Assembly: GCA_002269645.1 (NCBI GenBank)
Contig: NIVC01000022.1
Coordinates: forward strand, 124,001 to 188,000
Source of the DNA: Macrostomum lignano
Lineage: Eukaryota
Direction: 5' to 3'
DNA: 64,000 bases
Part shown: positions 55,336 through 64,000 of the stretch, piece by piece
Layout: every line of letters starts with the position of its first letter
How positions within the stretch are numbered: position 1 is the first letter of the stretch
Program-made: the position numbers and the translations under genes
Notes under the pieces: generated by a model
The model's database searches: none
The model's input: the letters and a program-made list of their open reading frames with translations, nothing else
What the model was told of the DNA's origin: nothing

Positions 55336-55843
55336 CTGCTTTTTTTCCTCCTGACAGCGTACTTTGTTGTTGTTGTTGTTGTGCATACACCTATAAAAAC
55401 ATTTTGCTCTCTTGCAAATACAAATTAATTTGGTATGCATTAGCTACTGCCAGCTTCAAGGTTAAAATTAGAGTGAATGTAATATAAAAAATTAAGCAAA
55501 GTTTGTTTCTAAAACTTAAATTCATTTCACATTTATGATGAGATTAAATTGTGTTTCTATATGCTAACCTATAAAACTATGTAAATTTATAAAAGGGCAG
55601 CTGAAACGAAGATTTTTTTTGAAATATTTGGGTTGAATCAAGATATACACTTTGCACATTTATAATTCCTTTTTGTAATTTGTCCTCCAAAAAACTAAGG
55701 GATTTATTTATGAAATGGGGCTATATGAGTGTAATATAGATATGATAAAATGATCTTTTTATGTATCAATCTTTTCTAAAAAAGAAAAAAATTCATGATT
55801 TTACATTTACTTTAAAATATTTTCCAGCTCAACAGACTATAAA

Positions 55844-58566
55844 ATGGCTGGCTTTACCCCCAAACCATCTGGTAGTCTATTTGGTGGGACTAGCTCTGCT
55901 GGGTCTCCATTTTCTGGCTTTGGCGCTCCGTCAACTGCCGCTGGAACTGCCACCACAGGATTTTCTGGCTTCGGCGCTCCGTCAACTGCCGCTGGAACTG
56001 CCACCACAGGATTTTCTGGCTTTGGCACTCCGTCAACTGCCGCTGGAACTGCCACCACAGGATTTTCTGGCTTTGGCGCTCCGTCAACTGCCGCTGGAAC
56101 TGCCACCACAGGATTTTCTGGCTTTGGCGCTCCGTCAACTGCCGCTGGAACTGCCACCACAGGATTTTCTGGCTTTGGCGCTCCGTCAACTGCCGCTGGA
56201 ACTGCCACCACAGGATTTTCTGGCTTTGGTGCTCCGTCAACTGCCGCTGGAACTGCCACCACAGGATTTTCTGGCTTTGGTGCTCCGTCAACTGCCGCTG
56301 GAACTGCCACCACAGGATTTTCTGGCTTTGGTGCTCCGTCAACTGCCGCTGGAACTGCCACCACAGGATTTTCTGGCTTTGGCACTCCATCAACTGCCGC
56401 TGGAACTGCCACCACAGGATTTTCTGGCTTTGGCGCTCCGTCAACTACAACTGCAGCTGGAACTGCCACAGGTACTTTGCCAGGCTTTGGAGGCTTCAGC
56501 GCTGCATCTTCCACCGCAGCCAGTACAGCTGGAGCGAACCCGTCAGCCTTTGCCGGTCTCGGCAGCGCTGGGACCGGCTTCTCGGGCTTCGGGTCCAGCG
56601 CAGCTGCCACACCTGCCGCTTCCACTGCCACCACCGCCGGCTCTCTAACCGGATTCAGCCTGTCTTCAGCGACTTCCACTGCAGCTCCGGCCACTTCGGC
56701 ATTCAGCGGCTTCGGACAGCAGACAGCAGCTTCCACCGCCGCCCCGGCGGCTGGCAGTGCCACCTCTTCAGCGGCTGCCACCACAGCTGCCAGTCTAATC
56801 GGCTTTGGCCTCTCCGCGGCCTCTGCCTCGGGCAGCTCTACGTTGCCATCGTTTGGCGCCAGCGCATTCAGCACAGCGAAGCCGGCGGTAGCCACTACCG
56901 CTGCTAAATCTGTGGGATTTCAGCTGCCCGCAGCGTCATCGGCCTCGGCTGCTGCGGTTCCCGCCGCCTCGTCTGCGGCAGCCGCTGCTACCAGTAGCTC
57001 CGGAGCGGCCCGGCAGACCAGCATCAGCAGCGGCGGCAGCCTCACCTATCAGCAGCTGGACGAGCTGGTCAGCCAGTGGACTGCCGAGCTGGTGGATCAC
57101 GAGAGACAGTTCCTGGAGGAGGGGGCGCGGATCAACGCTTGGGACCGCTATTTGCTGGAGAACGGGAAGAAGGTTAGCAAGGTTTATTAAGCATGGCGTC
57201 TCATACAGCTTCAGGTCATTTCTCAGCGTAGCACTCACCATGGCAGAGACATGATTTATATATCCAAGGAATTAGCTTGAAAGTCTTCCCTATAAGAGCC
57301 GGGGCTCAGTTTGGCCCAGTTCCGCCCACGCCCACAGTAAACATTTTTACTTGCCCCGCCCGAAATCGCACGACATTTCGTACAAACTTTAAGTAGTGTA
57401 AAGTTTGCACTACTTACAGCAACAGTAGTATATATGTACAGTATAGCTAGCATACTTCTGTTTCGCCTAAATCCGGCACTGCCTGACCACACCTTTGCCC
57501 TCAGATTGGCGAGCTGCAGGAGCAGGTGGACCGGGCGGTCTCAGACCAGACAAGGCTGGACCAGGAGCTCGAGTTCCTGGCCTCGCAGCAGCAGGAGCTG
57601 GAAGAGGCCCTGGCGCCCCTGGAGCAGGCGGTGCAGGCCATGCCGCCCACCGGCCAGTCGCAGGCGGACAGGGAGCGGGAGGCGCTGTTTAACTTGACGG
57701 AGAGTCTGGACTCTGAGCTGCGGCATTCGATGCAGGAGGTTCGAGAAGCTGTGGAATATGTCAACAGCCAGCAGGGCGGCGGCGGCTCCGGCAGCAGCGG
57801 CGAGGCGGACGCCATGGGCAAAATCAGCCGGATTTTGGGTGCCCACCTCGAGTCGCTGCAGTGGATCACCCACACCACGCGTGAGTTGGCGATTGGGATA
57901 TGGTGGGTTGTCAGCTTGGTTTTTTGCTGGGTAAATCGCACAGTGAAAGGATGCAAAGTTCAAGTTTGGCCTGTTTGACAAGGTTTGATAAAAGAACGTT
58001 TAACACAAGCGGAATTTGTGTGCAGTTTTTGTATTTGTCAGGGTGTGGGATTATCAGGGTGTGGGGTTATCAGTATGTGCTGGGTTGTCAATGTGTGTTG
58101 GGTTGTCAGGGTGTGAGGTTGTCAATGTGTGTTGGGTTGTCAGGGTGTGAGGTTGTCAATGTGTGTTGGGTTGTCAGGGTGAGAGGTTGTCAGGGTGTGA
58201 GGTTGTCAATGTGTGTTGGGTTGTCAGGGTGTGAGGTTGTCAATGTGTGTTGGGTTGTCAGGGTGTGAGGTTGTCAATGTGTGTTGGGTTGTCAGGGTGT
58301 GAGGTTGTCAATGTGTGTTGGGTTGTCAGGGTGAGGTTGTCAGGGTGTAGCGTTGTCAGGGTGTGGGGTTGTCAATGGGTTGTCAGGCTGTGGTGGATTA
58401 TCTTGCCAGCATAGTTGTCAGGTGTGCAGTGGTCAGGTAGTTGTATATTGGTTGTCAAATTGTTCAGCTAGGAATGATGAAGAATATTTTAATTGCAGAA
58501 TCCCTTCAGAGAAAGATGGACTCGCTGTCGGAAGAAATCAAACTGAAGCAGCGCAGCTTTATTTGA
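55844..58566 (+). CDS. NUP62: Nucleoporin Nup62/Nsp1 (FG repeats plus C-terminal coiled coils), ~590 aa, 3 exons
   Basis: Phase-consistent exons 55844-57172, 57505-57880, 58499-58566. LTYQQLDELVSQWTAELVDHERQFLEEGARINAWDRYLLENGKK|IGELQEQV..RLDQELEFLASQQQELEEALAPLE..ILGAHLESLQWI matches the Nsp1_C region. Confidence 0.95.
58085..58385. repeat. 34-bp GT-rich repeat GGTTGTCAATGTGTGTTGGGTTGTCAGGGTGTGA, Nup62 intron 2
   Basis: Period 34 (58201, 58235). Confidence 0.9.
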
Positions 58567-58843
58567 ACATTAAACTTCAAAATGTCGGCTTCTGTTGTGT
58601 ACGAGTAATGAACTTCTATAATGATACAAATGTCCCAGTGTCACCTTGGCTTCTAAGAAGTGCATTTTTCAATGACTACTTGTTTACTAGTGTGCGTATT
58701 CTTATAATCGTGAATGACAAAATAAATAGTCATAAATTCAAGACACAAGTGCCGCTGCAATTGACTCACAAATTATCATTAACGCATAAAATGCAGTTTT
58801 TTCGTATCTTTTATTTATTTCATGCTAATTAGGAACTCAACAG

Positions 58844-59565
58844 TCAGCCGGCTATTGGAAGCTCCTTGGTGGCTGCTCTGCGCCTGGCGAATGACTCGAA
58901 TAGAGTCCACCGCTGAGTCAGGGCTGAAGGCTTTCCGCTACCCGTCAGCTGCAGGTCCAGCCTGTCTATGGCCCAACCCTTGGACAAGCTCGACGACGGC
59001 TGTGTGCTAAGTATATCTGGTTCGGAAGAGGAGTCTGGCTTAGAGGCCGATCTGAAAGAAGAGTGCGAGAGTGCAAGTCTGCGAGCTGCTTGCTCGATCG
59101 ACTTCAGGAAAAAATCCGCCTCACCCAGGCGAGTCCGTAGACGAAGCGTAGACGTAGATCAGGCCGCTGGACTTGCTGCCCTGCAGCTCGCACTTGACCC
59201 TAATTTGCCGATTGGGCCCGCTGCCGGCCAGCTGGCTCAGATCCGTGAACTGATCGGCCTCGCGCCGGGTTACCAGCTTGGTGAGGCGGATCTGCTTGCC
59301 CAGAATCTGCTGCATCTGAGGATAATCCTGAACCAACTGCAGCGCCTGCGTGCAGTACTCTGCCTGCAGCGACTTTCCTGCAATGTTTTCCATATTGAGA
59401 CTGAGCCAAAGTCTTTTCCCATTTTTAGAGCTTGTCTGAGCACGATAAGCACAACTTACTACTGGAATATTTGCTCCACAAGTAGTATGTTGCGCAACCA
59501 GTCGCGGCCAGGATGTTAAACCGTAAAATGCCTGACATGCCCCCGGGACTGTGGCGCTTAAACAT
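58844..59565 (-). CDS. COA1: Cytochrome c oxidase assembly factor 1 (COA1)-like, ~188 aa, 3 exons
   Basis: Phase-consistent exons 59565-59460, 59377-59125, 59051-58844. ..AATGCATYYLWSKYSSRKSLQAEYCTQALQLVQDYPQMQQILG..VKCELQGSKSSGLIYVYASS..GWAIDRLDLQL resembles COA1 (YYLIQK..YYKLAVEQL..LG..PVSGSKSEGLLYVHSS..WHLDEVFLEL). Confidence 0.75.
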
Positions 59566-60417
59566 GCCTGGATGTTGAGAATGCTGAGCTGCATGAAAAT
59601 GGTAGGCCAGGCTTGAGTATATTGTCTCACCTATTAAAGCTTGCAAACTAAACATTGAAATTTAATAATGCGAGTCTTGAGTAAGTGTAGGTGCGGTTGA
59701 GATAGGACATTATATTTCAGTCAAAACTGTGCATGCTTTTCCAGAAAATCAATTAGACAGATAGAAGTCAGAACTGTTAAAGTTATGAATAAACACGAAT
59801 TGCACAATTGTAGTTGCAGTAACACAAATATCTAATAAAAAGTGCAGAAAACTGCTTTTTATTCGTGAGTGAGTGCTTTTAAAGAGATAAAAGGCTCCTA
59901 AAGAAAATTATTTATAAGATTGGAGCTACAATTTTAAATAATTGTTATTACCTGCAATCAAAGAACTTAAAATCGTGACATTCAAGATAGAAAGTAAATT
60001 AGCTCTGAGGCATTGGTAATTAATTCTGAAAAACTGTTAAAATTATTGCTTTAAGAGCAACATAGCAAACCTGAAAAAGGGCAAAAGCAGGTGCAAAACG
60101 TTTTATACAATTCGGTGCAAAAGCAATGGCAGGATTTTTAAATAGCTGGTCAGTGAAACACGAAAACTACAAAACACGCAAGATTTGAGTATTTGCTGTA
60201 AAATTCGGTAAAAAGCGAGAGAAAAAACTGGACCCCAGAAACAGTTGCATTGAATACAAGAAATCAATATTGATACTTTGAACAGTTTAGTAAAGCATTG
60301 GAAGTGACGCTAGCAAAACAATTGAGGATACGGTGACCATAGCAACGGTTTTTTGTTTACTTCGGATACGGCTTGTTGTAATCTAAACCTATCCAAATGT
60401 ACGCCACGTCAATCACT

Positions 60418-60565
60418 GCTCATGGGCTCATGTACTTATGTGCTATGTACACGTACTCATGTACTCATGTACTTATGTGCTATGTACACGTACTCATGTG
60501 CTCATGTACTTATGTGCTCATGTACTTATGTGCTCATGTACTTATGTATTCATGTGCTCATGTAC
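60418..60565. repeat. 16-bp repeat CTCATGTACTTATGTG, degenerate
   Basis: Direct reading. Confidence 0.85.
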
Positions 60566-60674
60566 ACATTTCCCACCTATCGTCAACCTGATGGACATTC
60601 AGTACCTTCGATGCGATGATCAAAGCATTAAAAAGAGAATTTCAGCCTCTACTGTCAATCAATCAATCAATCAA

Positions 60675-63600
60675 TCAATAATACACCGGCTGGTCTCGGG
60701 TGCTGCAGCCATCGCGGATCTCTTCATACACCGGGTACGTGGCCGCCGCGGCGGAGCCTCCGACCACAGCGCTCTGATTCGGCTGCTGCGACAGAAGCTT
60801 CGACTGGCACGAAGGGCTGCCGACTCCGCTGTGGCTGCTGCTGGTGCCGGCCGACTGCTGCCGAATCGCCGGCGGCGGAGGCCGCGGAGGAGGCGGCGGC
60901 TGCTGCTGCTGCTGCTGCTGGTGGCGAAAGCTTGGCGGCTCGGCGAGCACGGTGAAGATGGAGAAGTCGCTGAACGCCGTGCCGTCGGGCAGGTCGTAGG
61001 GAGTCGGGCCGCTGCCGCCTCCGCCGACGCCACCCCCAGTGGGGTATTTGTAGCCGCTGGAGACCGCGCCCTGTCGCCGGTCGTAGGTCGAGTCGTCGGC
61101 ATCGTCGGAAGATCGCATGGCCGCCTCCTCGAAGGTAATGACGCCGATCTGGGCGATTGAAACGGATTAGGTAGGGAGGATTGAAGATTTGGGATGGATT
61201 AACGATGGATTAAGGATTAGAAATGGCTTGAGGATTAGGGATGGATTGAGGATTTAGGATTGATTAGGGATGGGGGTTGAGGATTAGGGATGAGGGTTGA
61301 GGATTAGGGGTGGGGGTTGAGGATGAGGGATTGGGGTTGAAGATTAGGGATGAGGTAGGTTGAGGATTAGGGATGGGGGGTTGAGGATTAGGGATGGACT
61401 AAGGGTTAAGAATGAGTTGCGCATTAAAGATGGATTAAGGATAGTTAAGCTAAATGAGTATTCAGGATTCAGGATTCAATCATAGATTGAGACGATTCTC
61501 AGACGTCACAAGTAGAGTAGCTAACTAATAGCAATATTAGAATGCATGGATGAAGTTAAACATGTGCCGCAGACTTATCAATAACTAATGAATAGAAAAT
61601 GGTTTCAGTCAGAGGGTCACTTTTGTCTAAATTCATCCAAGCCTTCTAATTAAAGAATGCGCCGGATTTCCGGGTTGCCAATAGCAACAGAAAATCAGCT
61701 TTAATAAATAATTTATAAATCTGTCCAATTCCAAATCGGATTCATTTTCAGCAGACAAAATAGCTGGACAACTAAAGTCTATGTAATCGGACTCATTGGC
61801 ATAATTTATTAATGAGATACTCTAAACAAACCCTCAGACAGTGGTTGCCAAGGCGACTGGAATGAATAGAAAGGAAAAATGACAACTAGGTGACTGGCTA
61901 ATTAGCATAATTAGCGACACGGCGACGCTATTGCATAAACACAGATGACCCCGTAACTTGGCCGAGAGGTAGCGGGCATTCGGTCTCCAGTAGTCAAGGG
62001 AACGCCTAGCAAAATACAGCTGCCTCTCTAGCAGCCCCAAATCTATTCCATCTGAAAAGAAAACAGAAAAACAGACAGAGGGGAAGTCAAGCGGAAGGGA
62101 AGACATGCGAAGGAAAGCCAGGTAAATAAGAAGACAGGTAGAGGGAAAGACAGGCAAGGAAAGACAGGCAAAGGGAAAGACAGGCAAGGAAAGACAGGCA
62201 AAGGGTAAGACAGGCAGGGGGAAGACAGGTAGAGAGGAAGATAGGTAGAGGGGAAGATAGGTAGAGGGGAAGATAGGTAGAGGGGAAGATAGGTAGAGGG
62301 AAAGATAGGTAGAGGGGAAGACAGGTAGAGGGGAAGACAGGTAGAGGGGAAGACAGGTAGAGGGGAAGATAGGTAGAGGGGAAGATAGGTAGAGGGGAAG
62401 ACAGGTAGAGGGGAAGACAGGTAGAGGGGAAGATAGGTAGAGGGGAAGATAGGTAGAGGGGAAGACAGGTACAGAGGAAGACAGCCAGACAGGTAAAGAG
62501 GAAGACAGGTAAAGGGGAAGACAGGTAGAGGGGAAGACAGGTAGAGGGGAAGATAGGTAGAGGGGAAGATAGGTAGAGGGGAAGATAGGTAGAGGGAAAG
62601 ATAGGTAGAGGGGAAGACAGGTAGAGGGGAAGACAGGTAGAGGGGAAGACAGGTAGAGGGGAAGATAGGTAGAGGGGAAGATAGGTAGAGGGGAAGACAG
62701 GTAGAGGGGAAGACAGGTAGAGGGGAAGATAGGTAGAGGGGAAGATAGGTAGAGGGGAAGACAGGTACAGAGGAAGACAGCCAGACAGGTAGAGAGGAAG
62801 ACAGGTAAAGGGGAAGACAGGTAGAGGGGAAGACAGGTAGAGGGGAAGACAGGTAGAGAGGAAGACAGGTAAAGGGGAAGACAGGTAGAGAGGAAGACAG
62901 GTACAGAGGAAGACAGGTAGATGGGAAGACAGGTAAAGGGGAAGACAGGTAGAGAGGAAGACAGGTAAAGGGGAAGACAGGTAGGGAGGAAGACAGGTAC
63001 AGAGGAAGACAGGTAGATGGGAAGACAGGAGAGGGGAAGACAGGTAGGGAGGAAGACAGGTACAGAGGAAGACAGGTAGAGAGGAAGACAGGTAGAGAGG
63101 AAGACAGGTAGAGAGGAAGACAGGTAGAGAGGAAGACAGGTAGAGAGGAAGACAGGTAGAGAGGAAGACAGGTAGAGAGGAAGACAGGTAGAGAGGAAGA
63201 CAGGTAGAGAGGAAGACAGGTAGAGAGGAAGACAGGTAGAGAGGAAGACAGGTAGAGAGGAAGACAGGTAGAGAGGAAGACAGGTAGAGAGGAAGACAGG
63301 TAGAGAGGAAGACAGGTAGAGAGGAAGACAGGTAGAGAGGAAGACAGGTAGAGAGGAAGACAGGTAGAGAGGAAGACAGGTAGAGAGGAAGACAGGTAGA
63401 GAGGAAGACAGGTAGAGAGGAAGACAGGTAGAGAGGAAGACAGGTAGAGAGGAAGACAGGTAGAGAGGAAGACAGGTAGAGAGGAAGACAGGTAGAGAGG
63501 AAGACAGGTAGAGAGGAAGACAGGTAGAGAGGAAGACAGGTAGAGAGGAAGACAGGTAGAGAGGAAGACATATTACAGACTGGAGCACAAAAGGAGTGAG

Positions 63601-64000
63601 GTAAAGTGGCGTAGATGACAGTGGACAGAAGCTGTAAATTTTGCTCACCTGCGAAGTCTTGATATGAAAGGGGAAGTTGGTGTTGGACACGGTCGGCCTG
63701 GTGATGACCAGATAGAACATTTGGGCAGCGAACAGGATGCCCAGCTCAACAAAGTTGACGACCTTCTCTCTCATGTAGTCGGGCACCCTGGTGATGTTGA
63801 TGGCCACGGCAATGGGGGTGCTGAGCAGCCACAGAGAGAAGAAGGCCGCCATTGGCGCGTAGAACGAGCGCTTCCTGCGGTGCCTGACGAACGAGTAGCC
63901 GCAGCCGACGATGTAGAACAGCCAGGCGGCCAGCATCAGGGCGATGAGGCCGTAGCCCGGCTGGCTCTCCCACCTGTACAGCACCAGCGCCGGGTCGAAG
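60675..64000 (-). CDS. TMEM145: TMEM145 (GOST/intimal-thickness-receptor family 7TM protein), last two exons; 5' part lies outside the window
   Basis: Exon >64000-63649 reads FDPALVLYRWESQPGYGLIAL..FYAPMAAFFSLWLLSTP..REKVVNFVELG..YLVITRPTVSNTNFPFHIKTSQ. It splices in phase 0 to 61148-60675 (IGVITFEE..low-complexity tail..VYY*). Matches TMEM145 FDPGEVLYTYESPAGYG..TRPSAANKNFPYHVRTSQI. Confidence 0.88.
61185..61410. repeat. Degenerate G-rich repeat GAGGATTAGGGATGGGG, TMEM145 last intron
   Basis: Direct reading. Confidence 0.8.
62105..63570. repeat. 16-bp purine-rich satellite GGTAGAG(A/G)GGAAGACA, ~90 copies, TMEM145 last intron
   Basis: Direct reading; source of the 494/716-aa pseudo-ORFs. 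Confidence 0.95.

Noticed and set aside
55837-56895. 352-aa minus-strand ORF (and similar antisense ORFs at 40688-41599, 33951-34571, 22959-23402, 60438-61160)
   Set aside because: Shadow frames of GC-rich real exons on the opposite strand.
57190-57500. Intronic snoRNA in Nup62 intron 1
   Set aside because: No convincing C/D or H/ACA boxes with terminal stems.
59121-59123. In-frame TGA in COA1 as selenocysteine or read-through
   Set aside because: It is part of the GTGAGG donor; splicing restores the frame.
61834-63600. C-terminal 600 aa of the 716-aa ORF
   Set aside because: Read-through of the TMEM145 donor at 63648 into a 16-bp satellite.

Overview
Eukaryotic (animal) genomic DNA with GC-rich exons, GT-AG introns and very dense tandem repeats. 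The style resembles a free-living flatworm such as Macrostomum; this is an inference and is not verified. Gene models spliced by hand: (1) a complete 18-exon, ~1939-aa four-domain voltage-gated channel with a DEEA filter, i.e. Nav2/DSC1-type (+, 5685-24098); (2) an 8-exon, ~869-aa divergent GH63/YMR196W-like protein whose presumed catalytic Asp is replaced by Arg (+, 28116-38857); (3) an intronless CAP59/GT69-like type II membrane glycosyltransferase (-, 40607-41797); (4) an orphan single-exon ORF (-, 45272-46210); (5) Nup62, whose FG domain is an 11x51-bp coding minisatellite (+, 55844-58566); (6) a COA1-like gene (-, 58844-59565); (7) the 3' end of TMEM145 (-, 60675->64000). Mobile DNA: a decayed mariner, a tRNA/CORE-type SINE whose head has been amplified into a minisatellite, a 2.2-kb solo LTR and a duplicated 183-bp mini-LTR (both inside satellites, both with 4-bp TSDs), a ~1-kb element with 36-bp TIRs, and two LINE 3' fragments. 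Almost every long intron carries its own different tandem repeat, and several repeat units mimic splice signals. Most long ORFs in the six-frame track are artefacts of these repeats. There is no CRISPR array, rRNA or intact tRNA. All coordinates and counts were made by eye.
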